The notes beneath the pieces are model-generated. The model was not told where the DNA came from, ran no database searches, and saw only the letters and a list, made by a program, of their open reading frames with translations. A program made the translations under genes and the position numbers. Below are positions 33,764 through 49,419 of a stretch of 64,000 nucleotides of DNA, piece after piece (positions within the stretch are counted from its first letter, which is position 1; the number at the start of each line of letters is the position of its first letter). Source of the stretch: the human T2T-CHM13v2.0 reference genome, Homo sapiens; assembly GCF_009914755.1 (NCBI RefSeq), contig NC_060940.1, one strand, 5' to 3'.

Positions 33764-34853
33764 CTGTCCCCATACATAGTCATCCAAATTACAGGGTCTT
33801 TTCTTCCATTTCCTTCCTAGGGATACTGGTTGTAGGAGAGCTGCCCAGTGTTTCTTCTCCTCCCACACACCCAGTTTTAATGGAGTACTTAGAACCCTGT
33901 AAGTACCAGATTGCAAAGAGAAGAATGCTTGGGCCTCCTTGCACTGCAACCTTGAACTCCTGGGCATTCGTTTCACATGAGCAAGGCCCATGTGAAGCAT
34001 ACATAATGCATGGAGAGAGTGAGAAGGTGGAAGGGTGAGGGAGCTAGCCAGCAAGACCCCACAGATCCCTTCCCTATATGGAACTGGACAATGGCCCTTT
34101 GGTCATACCAACCAATCAGAGGGAGTGAGGAAAAGATGGAGCTAAAAGGAGTTACATCCATGTGCATGATCCTGTCTAGTAATAAAAGTTTGTTAATAAG
34201 TGTCTGGAATTTAATTAGTAACTCTACCCTGGAAAGCAAACTGGAAAGGGCGTGGGCCAGGAAAGGAATGGTTATTCTCTCTAGAAGCCTACAGTGGCTA
34301 AAACATAACAAACCAACAAACAAATAAGCACACAGAAGAGTGAAACTTCAAACTGAAATTGAAAAAAAGTTCTTGGCAAGTTAATGGCAATTGATTCATG
34401 ATGGATTATTAACCCACAGATATGGCTTGGGACCTATCTGATTCATTGAGGTTGACATCATGGAGGACACTATACTCTCTCACAAAGTAGGTCTTTTTTT
34501 TTTTTTCTTTTTTCTTTTTTTTTTTTTGGAGATGGAGTCTCGCTCTGTCGCCCAGGCAGGAGTGCGGTGACGCCATCTCAGCTCACTGAAACCTCTGCCT
34601 CCCGGGTTCAAGTGATTCTCCTACAAAGCAGCTCTTCGTGCTCTTGTTAGAAGCACAATTCTGGGCTGCGTGAATATTTCTTTATGGTCTAAATCATTTG
34701 TCTGGGGTCAAGGGGTTATATTCAGGATATATCTCCAAAGTGAAGCTCCCTTAACTGAATATCCCAGCGACCTGACTTGTACAACCTCTTTCAATACATT
34801 TTATTCACTAAGTGAAAAAATCATGCAAATGAATGATTAAGTGACTACTATAC

Positions 34854-35033
34854 CTTGGGGATCCCATTAGAGTTCTTAATAATTTCCAGGAAAGAGTCAC
34901 GTATTAATTCCCAGCAGCCATCAAAAGATGGATTGAAGACAATAATGGGTTCACTGACTTCAAGTTTGATCATGATTAGCTGAGGTATGAAAAACTTCAT
35001 CTCTTGGTAGGGCTCCTTAAAATCATTCCCATC
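34854..35033 (-). CDS. DNAH3: DNAH3 exon 10 (180 nt, phase 0-0): DGNDFKEPYQEMKFF...IIKNSNGIPK
   Basis: Acceptor ctcctgaag|GAT, donor AAG|gtatag; open for 60 codons. Confidence 0.93.
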
Positions 35034-35168
35034 CTTCAGGAGACATAAGGTAGGGCAAGCGTTACAAAATTGGGCCTTCCAAAATCAAGGGAGTGAATTT
35101 TATACATTCATAGAACTACATGAGGACCAGAAAAGGCAATGAAGGGCATCATACACTGTTTATATTTA

Positions 35169-35348
<180 letters not shown>

Positions 35349-37524
35349 CTAGCTACTTGAGAGGCTGAGGCAGTAGAATCACTTGAACCCAGGAGGCAGA
35401 GGTTGCAGTGAGATCACGCCGTTACACTACAGCCTGGGCAACAAGAGTGAAACTCCATCTCAAAAAAATAAAAAACAAATAAAATATGTATTGGGTATAG
35501 CTTAGCCCACCCTGACTCCATGCACTCTCCCTTTCCCAAAGCCTTTATTCCCTTTTGTTTATGCGGCTTGGTAATTCCTGCACCCAATATCTAGATCCTT
35601 CCCATCCTTCAAAATTCAGCTAAAACATTTCTTCCTTTGGGAAGCCTCCCTGTTTCTCAGCTGGATATAATCTCCTCCCACTTCTGAACTTGTGTATTTC
35701 TACTTCCTCTGTTTTTTTTTTAATTTATTTTATTTGTGTCCTTAGAGATGAGGTCTCACTATGTTGCCAGGCTGGTCTTAAACTCCTGAGCTCAAGTGAT
35801 CCTCCTGCCTCAGCCTCCCAAAGTGCTGGGATTACAGGTATGAGACACTAGGCCCAGCCTAGTATTTTTTTCTTTCTCTCTGGTAGGAATTTATATGCGT
35901 ATCTCAACTTGTCTATTCTAAAGTTGAGGGCAGGATCTATGTCTGATCACCTCTCTCCTCCAAAATACCTGAGACAGCATATAGTACCTAACAGGTGCTC
36001 AATAAAAATTTATTGATTCAGTCCAAAAGTATTAATCATAATCCATATAACCCCAAATGGAGTTGCTAATGAGCATAGTTTATTTTAGACACTCAAAATG
36101 TCAACCTTGCTACAACAGAAATATTGACATAGAGCTATTTCCAATTCCCTACAAAAGCTCTAACCCAGGATGCCCTCATAAACTACAGCGCCTAATGAAA
36201 TTGTCAGAAGGCAGCTGTAAAGTACTTCTTACATAGAGATTTCTAGATCCATTTAAAGATGACTGATGATATTTGGTGAATACCTACTGTATATCAAATA
36301 CCTATAAATTCCCCCCTATTTTCCAGACACAGGAAGATTTTACATTTCCCTTTGTGTGGAATTTTAGAGTGAGATTGGCTTCCACCCCTGGGTTTCTTAT
36401 GCTTAGCAAAGTAGACAATCACAATGACATTTATAGATTGGTCTTCTTTAGAGAGCTAACATTGCAATTCAGCCCCACTGGTTTCTATATTTTTGAGCAA
36501 AAGACCAATTGTTAATCTTTATTACTTCATTTGGAAAACTTAACCTTTTATAACCAGGTAATTTTTAATTTTTGTTACTTTGTTAAGGTAAAATGTGCAC
36601 ACGGCATAAAATTCAAAAGAATATTCATCGATTTTTAGGCTATCCAAATTCAGGGAATGCTATGGTGCTTTGAAAACTAGGACTTAGTGTTTTCAGTTTT
36701 CTCTCTTTTTTTTTTTAGACAGAGTCTCGCTCTGTCACCCAGGCTGGAGCCAGGCAGTGGCGTGATCTCGGCTCACTGCAACCTCTGCCTCCTGGGTTCA
36801 AGTGATTCTCCTGCCTCAGTCTCCTGAGTAGCTGGGACTACAGGCACACACCACCACACCCGGCTAATTTTTGTATTTTTAGTAGAGATAGGGTTTCACC
36901 AGTCGACCAGGCTGGTCTCAAACTCCTGACCTCAGGTGATCTGCCTGCCTCGGTCTCCCAAAGTTCTGGGATTACAGGCGTGAGCCACCGTGCCTGGCCA
37001 GTGTTTTTAGTTTTCATTTTGACTTCCCTAAAACAGTTTCATGAAAGAATTTCTTAATTAGGTCAACAAAGCCTTTTGTCTTTAGAGGTGCCCCTTGCCA
37101 AGACCAAAGAACAAAAACCCATATCTACAATGAAACCTACAGCACTCCCTCAATATCAAGCCAAAGATTGAAAACAAACCTTTTCCAACCCCTTCTTGTA
37201 AAAGAGAGGATGAAAAAAATGATTCCTTCTCCCCAAACTGTAAGACATATGTCTTTCATTTTATGCAATTTTTCTTTAAATTTTCTTAACAACTTCTCTA
37301 CTTCTGTACATTTTTACCAACTTAATACTGAGTGATTATCTCAAGAAAGTTTGCCATGTATTTAAGGAAATTATTTTTAAAATTATTCCAATCCACAGCT
37401 GGACTGGACTTCTTAAGATTTTATTTATGGTTTTATACCTCTCTTTAAAAATTAAAAAATTGATACTGATTAATTGTACATATTTACAGGATACATATAA
37501 TGTATAGTGGTCAGATCATGGTAA

Positions 37525-37948
<424 letters not shown>

Positions 37949-38082
37949 TGATGTGGGTGGAAGTCAAGCATTTCACTTTGTGCCCTGGCTCACAGCTGAG
38001 GACGTACATGACAGAGTCCTGGCTCTAACCAAGTAACCAGGTTATTCCCCTCAAAAGGTCCAAGTGCAGGTCCCTGACTTAC

Positions 38083-38278
38083 TTTGTGTATCATGAAAAG
38101 GGAAACGAGGTCCTCAAGTGACTTAATGACCAGCTCCCTAAGCTGCAGCGACATGAATGATGCCACAGAAGCAAAATATTCCTCAATGTTTCGACTTGAG
38201 TCATAGTTGCTCTTGGGAGCAAAATGAATCCAGTGCTCCTTCCGTGAGGTAAAAAGCTGGGCGCAGGTGGGGATCCAC
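38083..38278 (-). CDS. DNAH3: DNAH3 exon 9 (196 nt): WIPTCAQLFTSRKEHW...VSLFMIHK
   Basis: Acceptor ctttacag|G, donor AAA|gtaagt; inside ORF 37990..38415. Confidence 0.95.
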
Positions 38279-39536
38279 CTGTAAAGACAGAAGGGTGTCC
38301 ATGTGAGAAGCTCTTCTGGGCTCCGAGGAACCCACTTGCCGTGCCCCCTGAGCTCAGTGATGAGGCAGATGGGCTCAATGTCCCACCAAGCAGCCTTGCA
38401 AATCAGTACTTTCAATTTCCAGCCACCTTACCTGCCATGCCTCTTTCTTGGGAAGAAAGTAATAAGATTTGAATTAAGAGGTTATTCTTCCATTGAGAAT
38501 ACCCAAATGGAAAGGGGATATTGGTGGCACATCCTGCTGAAAGAGTCTACACTTTCTTCATTATAATCAGAGATTGGGGTAAAGGGGCATAAGGAACTAG
38601 AATGTTCTGTCCAACTTCTCTCTCTCTAGCAGATGCCTGGTCTCTGATTCAAACTTCATAGGGGGAAAGAGAGAATGAGGAGCAAAGAAAGAAAACATGA
38701 AAGGAGAAACTCCAGTGTGGCCCTGGCTGCTCAGAAGTTGATGGTAGAAATCAGAAAACCAAAAGAAGAAATAGCCAAGTGTGGTGGCTCATGCCTGTAA
38801 TCCCAGCACTTTGGGAGGCCGAAGCGGGCAGATCACTTGAGGCCAGGAGTTAGAGACCAGCCCGGCCAACATGGCAAAACTCCATCTCTACAAAAACAAA
38901 CAAACAAACAAAAATTAGCTGGGCATGGTGCATGGTGACACACACCTGTAGTCCCAGCTACTTGGGAGGCTGAGGCAGGAGAATCACTTGAACCTGGGAG
39001 ATGGGAGGTTGCAGTGAGCTGAGATTGTGCCACTGCACTCCAACTTGAGTGACAGAGTGAGTGAAACTCTGTCTCAAACAAACAAACAACAACAAACAAA
39101 CAAAAAGAAATAGATGCTTCATTGTTTCTTTCCTCCCATGTCCCCCAGTTTCTAATTCCCAGTGGAAACCACTGGCCTTTTCATCCTATTGCATCTTTTC
39201 TCTGATCGCTAAAAAGGTACTACTCTAGCAACCAGAGAAGCACTACTACTGGTTGTAGTCATAGAGGTATGAGATTTATTGAGCAGCTATTATGTGCCAA
39301 TGATAGCATCTACATTTTCTCTGCTAAAGAAAACCCATCTGCAGGTATTATTATCACTGTTTTACACAAGGGAATTTCTCTGGCTGTGGAGGTAGTCTTG
39401 CAGGCATTTGCAAAGGAAAAAGGAATTGTGTAAATGTATGAAACCCTTTTGCCTTGAAATCTTGAGGCCGTTTATCTGGACTATCTGAATATAAGTCATT
39501 CAAATGCATTCCCCTGTAACACAGCAAGGTCTAAAG

Positions 39537-40045
39537 CAGGGGTCCCCAACCCCTGGGCCATGGACTGGTTGTAGGAACCAGGCTGCACAGCAGGAGGTGA
39601 GCAGCAGGTGGGCGAGCCAGCTTCATCTGTATTTACAGCCGCTCCCCATGGCTTTTTTTAACCGCCTGAGCTCTGCCTCCTGTCAGATCAGCAGCGGCAT
39701 TAGATTCTCACAGAAGCGTGAACCCTACTGTGAACTGCACATGCGAGGGATCCAGGTTGCACACTCCTTAGGAGAATCAAATGCCTGATGATCTGTCACT
39801 GTCTCCCATCACCTTCAGATGGGACCATCTAGTTGCAGGAAAACAAGCTCAGGGCTCCCTCTGTTTCTACATTATGGTGAGTTGTAGAATTATTTCATTA
39901 TATATTACAATGTAATCATAAAAATAAGGTGCACAGTAAATGCCGTGTGCTTGAATCACCCCGAAACCATCCCACTGGCCCAGTCTGTGGAAAAACTGTC
40001 TTCCACAAAACCAGTCCCTGTGGCCAAAATGGGTGGGGACCGCTG
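39537..40045. mobile_element. MER1A-like hAT-Charlie element, full length
   Basis: Ends caggggtccccaac / ggtggggaccgctg; perfect 8-bp TSD gtctaaag. Confidence 0.92.
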
Positions 40046-40241
40046 GTCTAAAGGATTCGAGGAGGAGGAAATGGGGGTGACAGCCTCCCAGGGAATGGTG
40101 ATAGGGGAATTTCAAGAAGGCAGAGGGAGACCAGGCATGGGGCAGAAAGCAGCTGGACATGAAAAAAAGAGGACACGAGGCCAGGCGCGGTGGCTCATGC
40201 CTGTAATCCCAGCACTTTGGGAGGCCGAGGCAGGCAGATCA

Positions 40242-40542
<301 letters not shown>

Positions 40543-40593
40543 TCAGTCTTTAAGATACCATGGTGCAGCCCCACTTGGAGGGCAGATACTGAC

Positions 40594-40719
40594 TTGTTGA
40601 GAAGAGTCTGGTGTGCCTCCAGGCAGTGTTTCTGGATCACATCCCAAAATTCCTGAGGCTGCAGAGGCAATTTTCCCGCTAGTATTTCTGCTGTTCGAAC
40701 AAACCTGAGGTCTCTGAAT
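40594..40719 (-). CDS. DNAH3: DNAH3 exon 8 (126 nt): FRDLRFVRTAEILAGKLPLQPQEFWDVIQKHCLEAHQTLLN(K)
   Basis: Acceptor ttttggcag|A, donor AA|gtcagt; absent from the ORF track. Confidence 0.93.
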
Positions 40720-42441
40720 CTGCCAAAAGAGAGGGAGAAATTTCCTAAGCTAAAGAACGCTTAATAACAAATCCCGCAGGACAGGTTCCAAGGGTGTGTG
40801 TTCACGTTTCTCAATGAAAGTTAAGCAGAATCAAATGAATTACAGGATATGGGAAAGATGCTGAGGAGGATATGGGAGGCTGAGGAGGGAGGAGCTAAGT
40901 CCTAAAGAACGCTTGCAGGGAGGAGACAAATGAGGTGACCCAAGAGTGCTCCTGAGCCTTAGAGATATGCCTCACTCTGCATAACCCATCAAGAAGTGGG
41001 GCTGTGGCACCAGCTGGAGACTCAGCTGGCTGAGAACTTGGGTATCAAATGGACGAATCAATGTTCTTTACAACAGTGAAGACCCAGAGGCCAGGACCAA
41101 GCAGAACATCTTCATCATCAAATGGGATTCACCCAAGCCTCTGGGTGAGCTCTTGAAGGTAACTTTGAGGACTGCTTTGATTTAAAACAAAGAGTTTATG
41201 GATCCCAGCACTTTGGAGGCTAAGGAGAGAGGATGGCTTTGAGCTCAGGAGTTCAAGACCAGCCTGGCAATATAGTGAGACATCATCTCTCCAAAAACAA
41301 AACAAAACAAAACAAAAAAGGCCGGGCGCGGTGGCTCACACCTGTAATCCCAGCACTTTGGGAGGCTGAGGTGGGTGGATCACAAGGTCAGGAGTTCAAG
41401 ACCAGCCTGGCCAAGATGCTGAAACCCCGTCTCTACTAAAAATACAAAAAAATTAGCCGGGTGTGGTGGCGGGCGCCTGTAATCCCAACCACCCGGGAGG
41501 CTGAGGCAGAGAATTGCTTGAACTCGGGAGGTGGAGCTTGCAGTGAGAGGAGATCACGCCACTGCACTCCAGCCTGGGGGACAGAGCGAGACTCGTCTAA
41601 AAAAAAAAAAATAGACGCGCTGGGTGTGGTGGTGCACACCTGTAATCCCAGCTACTTAGGAGGCTGAGGCAGGAAGATCGCTTGAACCCAGGAGGTCAAG
41701 GCTACAGTGAGCCCTGATTGCATCACTGCACTCCAGCCTGGGTGACAGAGCAACACCCTGTCTCTACAAAGAAAAAAAAAAAAAAAAAAAGCTTGTGGAG
41801 CCAAAAAAGCCTCTTTAAGCCCTCTAACTCCTGTCACTGTGAGGGTGAAGAAAGGCCAACCAGTGAGAAGAAATGAGAGTTTTCTCCACTACGAGGGGTA
41901 TCCTTTTAACACCTAAGTCAGATTCTATCTGCTCCAAACCCTCCAATGACTTCCCATTTCAGAGTAAAAGCGTGCCTAGTGACTGGGGCCCACTAGGTGC
42001 TCTGCACCCTATGCCATCTCTCTTGCTCCTGTCCTGCCTGTCACCTCCCCCCCTCCCCATCTCCTCTCCTACCCACCTCCGTGACTCACAGTGTTCCAGG
42101 CACGCTCACCTCATACTGTTTCCAGGCCGTGCCCACCTGCTGCTGCTTGGGTCCTGTGCACAAGCTGTTCCCGCTGCCTCCAATACTCATCCCCTCGACT
42201 TCTATGGAGCTGACTCTTCACCTTCCAGCCTTGGCTCAAATGTCACCTTCACAGTAAAGGCTACCCATGGCTGGGTGTGTGGTTGTGCAGGATCTGCCCC
42301 TTCCAAAGGGCCAGAATGGGTGAGTGCTCTGCTTGTCAAGAAATGCACCCTGGGGCTGGGTATGGTGGCTCACTCCTGTAATCCCGGCACTTTGGGAGGC
42401 CAAGGTGGGTGGATCATTTGAGGTCAGGAGTTAAGAGACTA

Positions 42442-42669
<228 letters not shown>

Positions 42670-43305
42670 TTAGGCTGCATCCATCCCATTAGTGGAACAG
42701 GGGTAGCGGGGAGGTTTGTTAGATTCAAACAAGTGTTTTATGGGCAAGCAGCCCCACCCCAGCCCCACACAAACCACACTCCCTATCCCCATTACTCTGG
42801 CTAATTTTTCTTTTCATAGTACCCATCACCTTCTAACATATTATATAATTTATTTACCTAATATATTTATTGTCTGTTTTCCCCCTAGAAAAATGAACTC
42901 ACTTCTGTTCTCTACTACACTAAAACAATGCTTAGCACATAACCAGGACCTGGCACCTATTTGTTAAATGAATGAATGAATGAATGACTAAATAAATGAA
43001 AAAAAAAAAAAAAAAACAAATGAACTCACAGTTTGGAAGCCAAGAGACAGAAGAGCCTTTGGACCTAATATATATTTATTTTCTATCTTATGCTTGAGTG
43101 ACACCTCCTAGAACTATTGATGCTAGAGTTGTCCAGAGTATATCGGTAGGATAGAGCGGCTGGATAAGGAAGAGCGGAAACTAATAAAAAGCTCTCATCA
43201 AGCCCTCCACTTTTTTTTTTTTTTTTTTCTTGAGACAGGGTCTCACTCTGTCACCCAGGCTGGAGTGCAGTGGCGATCTTGGCTCACTGCAGCCTCAGCT
43301 TCTGA

Positions 43306-43626
<321 letters not shown>

Positions 43627-44234
43627 TAAAAAGCCTTTCTTCTCAGTGAAGCTATAGGCTCAACAATTTGCCGTCTTTGCTACGAGATCAATTTAAACTC
43701 AGGTACATGTGATTATCTATTATCTTCTGAACTTCTTTATGAAGTTTCTGGCTATTCATCCAGCTCTAAGACTGACTTCCTCACTAGTTTCTATGTTAAT
43801 TTATTTTTTTAGCTCATAAACACGCTTGTACTTAAAGCAATACCTTAATTTGTTGAGCAATTACTGTGTGCCAAGCAGCAGTCTAAGCACTTTCTTTAGC
43901 TAACAACTCCAGGAGGTAGGTATTGTTATGATGATTCCCATTTGCATGTAGAACACAGGGTCAGACTAGGCGGTGGCTCATGCCTGTAATCGCAACACTT
44001 TGGGAGGCTGAGGAAGGAGGAATTCTTAAAGCCAGGAGTTCAAGCCCAGCCTAAGCAACCTAGAGAGACCCTGTTTCTACAAAAAATGTAAAAATTAGTC
44101 AGACATGGTGGCATGCACCTATAGTCCCAGCTACTTGGGAGGCTGAGGAGAGAGCCCAGGAGTTTGAGGCTGCAGTGAACTCTAATCATGCCACTGCACC
44201 ACACCCTGGGTGACAGAGCAAAAGCTTGTCTAAA

Positions 44235-44473
44235 ACAAGAAAGCAAGCAAGAAAGCAAGAAAGAAACAGGGTCACAGAGGAAGGAAGGAAGGAAGGAAGG
44301 AAGGACAAACAGGGTCAAAGAGAAAGAAAGAAGAAAAGAAAGGAAGAAAGAAAGAAGGAAAGAAAGGAAGGAAGGAAGGAAGGAAGAAAGAAAAGAAAGA
44401 GAGAGAGAGAGAAGGAAGGAAGGAAGGAAGGAAGGAAAGAAAGAAAAAGAAAGGAAGGAAGGAAAGAAAGAAA
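44235..44473 (+). repeat. GA-rich polypurine tract ((GGAA)n, (GAAA)n, (GA)n)
   Basis: Read directly; source of the spurious KE/R-rich ORFs. Confidence 0.93.
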
Positions 44474-44536
44474 GGCCGGACGTGGTGGCTCTTGCCTGTA
44501 ATCCCAGCACTTTGGGAGGCCGAGGCAGGTGGATCA

Positions 44537-44855
<319 letters not shown>

Positions 44856-45404
44856 CTATTAATTAGTAACAGAACAAGAACCAGAATTCAGATCCCATTC
44901 TATAAGTTATTACTTTATATGGTTCCACTTAGTTAGAAAATTACTTCTTTTTTCTCAATGTCCTGACTGCTGACTGGTACTTCCAATGCTTTAGAAAATT
45001 GAATTCAGTTCAAAGAAAAGAATACAGCTATTTCTTTTCACTGATGGGCTCTGTCCTACGTTGACTTCACCCCCTCAATTCCTTTTTAAAATACAAGCAA
45101 AACTAAGGATTTGAAAAACAAGTAGGTTCTCCAAGCCACAGGGCTCCCTTAAGACTGAACACGTTCAAAGCTAGAGATCCTCCCAAAGCAAAATACATGA
45201 GCTACTAATAAGTTCGGCCAATCAAAGTTAAGTAAGCATATCTGCCTCTAATTTTTCTAATACAAAACTCAGATGGGGGCAGCTCATCATTTCATTAGCC
45301 TGGCCTTTCAGTGAACTCCGGTGTCTTCATCCTCTCACCAGGATGTGTACCTTCTTGAAGGGCTCACTAAAAAAACCAGAGTCTTCCACCTCCAGGCTCA
45401 CTGC

Positions 45405-45812
45405 AATTGATGCATAGATAAAACAAATGTCGGATAGCCATCCAATGGATTAGTATGCCGCCATAAAAAGGAAGCACTCACTACTGATACAAGCTTCAGT
45501 GTGGATGAAGACTGACAATATTGTTCATTGAAAGACACCAGACACAAAAGATCATATATTGCATGATTCCATTTCTATAAAATGTCCAGAATATGCAAAT
45601 CCATAGAGACAGAAAATCACTTAGTGGTTGGGAGGAAATGGGGGAAGGTGAGAATGCGGAGTGACTGCTAATGGGTTTCTTTTTGGGGTAATGATAATAC
45701 TCTTGAATTAGACAGTGGTAAGGATTAAACAAACTTGTGAATATATTAAAAACTTGCATTGTGTACTTTCAAAGGGTGAATTTTATGGAATGTGGATATC
45801 TCACTTTTTTTT
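45405..45812 (+). mobile_element. L1M-type 3' end
   Basis: catatattgcatgattccatttctataaaatgtccagaata motif. Confidence 0.8.
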
Positions 45813-45926
45813 AAAATGAAAGAATGAAAAAAGGTGGCTTCTGTCTCATCTGGACTCCTACAATTTTTTTTTTTTTGAGACGGAGTTTCGCAAATTTAAT
45901 TATTGATAAATATACCTGAGAGATCA

Positions 45927-46154
<228 letters not shown>

Positions 46155-46157
46155 CTA

Positions 46158-46265
<108 letters not shown>

Positions 46266-46315
46266 TCAAAAAAAAAAAAAAAAAAGGAATAAAACCCAAG
46301 CCCGCACACACTTCA

Positions 46316-46708
<393 letters not shown>

Positions 46709-47164
46709 TTAAGTTATATTAGATACTGTTCTAAGTGCTTTGGATGTAGTAAGTTATTTATTCCTCTTATCAATCCTATGAAGTGGAAACTCTTATTAAC
46801 ATTATCGCAAATTTAGAGGTAAAGGAAGCAAGGCACAGAAAAGTGATGCGACCACATATATGCCTGTAAAGCAGCAGAGCTAGGAGTTAGACCTGAGCAG
46901 GCTGGCTCCAAGTCTGTGCAATTAAGCAGGATATTCCAGTGCTTAGAGACAGGCACAGGGTGCCCTGGGGACACAAAGGAGGGCCACGTAAGCCTGCAAG
47001 GAAAGGTGTCACTTATAATTCACATGCATATTTGGCCTAGATTTTTTTTTCTTTCATTTCTCTATGCTGTCAGGGCTACCCCCACTGTGCACAGCAGAAT
47101 AGGCTTGCTTACACGTGGATGTGGTCAAGAAAGGGAATGAAAAAAAAAGGGAGGGACTTCTTAC

Positions 47165-47360
47165 TCTGCAAACCACAGTTCTTTCAGCCTGAGCATCATG
47201 GGGTTCACCGTGTGCAGATGCTCCTCGTTCCACTTCTTGGCGCTCCTGTAGACACTGTGCCAGGGCACAGGGGCCCGGATCACTCTTTGAGGAAACAAGC
47301 GGGGGATGCTCTCAATAAAGAGCCGTTTTCTCTCCATTGGGTCCATGAGGATGTAATCAA
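47165..47360 (-). CDS. DNAH3: DNAH3 exon 7 (196 nt): (V)DYILMDPMERKRLFI...LKELWFA(E)
   Basis: Acceptor gttgtag|TT, donor GA|gtaaga; inside ORF 47161..47388. Confidence 0.95.
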
Positions 47361-48964
47361 CTACAACCGGAAAGGGCGAACACCTCATTATTAAGCTCTA
47401 AGGGTTGTGCTCTTAGCTTCAACTCATTTAGTTTTGTTTTTAATATAGAGACGGGGTCTCACTAAGTTGGCCAGGCTGGTCTCAAACTCCTGGGCTCAAG
47501 TGATCCTCCCACCTCAGCCTGCCAAAGTGCTGGGATTACAGGCATGAGTTGCTATGCCTGGCCTTAGAGTCAACTCTTTTTATTTATTTATTTATTTATT
47601 TTTTGAGATGGAGTCTCGCTCTGTCGCCCAGGCTCGATTGCAATGGTTCAATCTCAGCTCACTGCAACCTCCACCTCCGCCTCCTAGGTTCAAGCCATTC
47701 TCCTGCCTCAGCCTCCTGAGTAGCTGGGATTACAGGTGGCTGCCACCACACCTGCCTAATTTTTTGTATTTTCAGTAGATACAGGGTTTTGCCATGTTGG
47801 CCAGGTTGGTCTTGAAATCCTGACCTCAGGTGATCCACCCGCCTCGGCCTCCCAAAGTGCTGCGATTATAGGTGTGAGCTAGCACACCTGGCCTTAGCTT
47901 CAACTCTTAGAATATAAATGAGCCTCTGTCCATTTGCAAGGTCATGGGTAATCCCCTGGGTATAATTCAACTGGTGAAGCTTCACTCTTGGTGTTTGTTT
48001 TCTTTCTGAGGGTATTTTACAGAAAGGAGGAGTGTGACTTCACGGTGTGGAGCACTTAGAATCTGGGGTTGAGCCCTGGTAGGATGTCTAGTATCAGGCA
48101 GGACAATGAAATAGGATTTGCTGATAACTCATTAGTCACTGATTGATTTCTCACACCAAAATAGATGCACACAAAAAAACCCACCATGGATGATACCATC
48201 CATTATATTTACAAATAGAAGTTTAAAGACCAAATGTTTTCCATACTAAGAAAGGTTGGTAGAAAAGCTTCATAGAGGATGTAACATTTGTGCTGGGTCA
48301 TAAAGAACAAGTAGCAGGCTGGGTGCGGTGGCTCACACCTGTAATCCCAGCACTTTGAGAGGCTGAGGTGGGTAGATCACTTGAGGTCATGAATTCGAGA
48401 CCAGACTGGCCAACATGGCGAAACCTTGTCTCTACTAAAAATACAAAAATTAGCTGGGAGTGGTGGTGCGTGCCTGTAGTCCCAGCTACTCAGGAGGCTG
48501 AGGCAGGAGAATTGCGTGAACCCAGGGGTCCGCCCAGGTAGGTCTTGAAATCCTGACCAACCTCTGCAGTTGCAGTGAGCAGAGATCACACCACTGCACT
48601 TCAGCCTGGGCGACAGAGCAAGACTGTCTCAAAAAAGAAAAAAAAAAGAAGTGTAGAATCTCAGCCAGGTGTGATGGCTCATGTCTATAATCCCAGCACT
48701 TTGGGAGGCCGAGGCAGGAGGATCTCTTGAGTCCAGGATGTTCAAGACAAGCCTAGGCAACATAGGGAGACCTTGTCGCTAAAAAAAAAAAAAAAAAATT
48801 GTTTTAAACTTACAAATGTAGAATCTCAGGCCCCAGGTTCAGATCTACTGAATCGCAATCTGCATTTTAAGATCTGCAGGTTACAGGGATGCACGTGAAT
48901 ATGTGAAGTGCTGGTGTAGACATCAGTGATGGTAGGGGGATGCAGGACTTTGAATTAGCGGTTA

Positions 48965-49210
<246 letters not shown>

Positions 49211-49229
49211 TTATGCCCACCAGCCTTAC

Positions 49230-49419
49230 CGATGCTTTTCATGAGGCTACAGTAATAGTCATTCTCCTTCTCCTGCACGAGGACCACCATCAGGGGCTCC
49301 AGGAAGGGACTCGTCAGCAGCGTGTTAGAAATCAGCTTTGAAATCCGAACCATCACTTCACCCTCCTCAGGGGCAATCATGTCTTTGCGAATTCCATTGG
49401 TCAGATAGTAATAGTATCT
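49230..49419 (-). CDS. DNAH3: DNAH3 exon 6 (190 nt): [17 protein letters not shown]...[10 protein letters not shown]
   Basis: Acceptor tatggaag|AGA, donor G|gtaagg; inside ORF 49186..49455. Confidence 0.94.

Noticed and set aside
33539-34054. 171-aa minus-strand ORF as a standalone nested gene
   Set aside because: It starts at a non-ATG codon, has no recognisable family, and only the 115-nt exon has splice boundaries.
41873-42421. Longest ORF in the track (182 aa)
   Set aside because: Runs through decayed L2-like sequence into an Alu; no domain or splice context.
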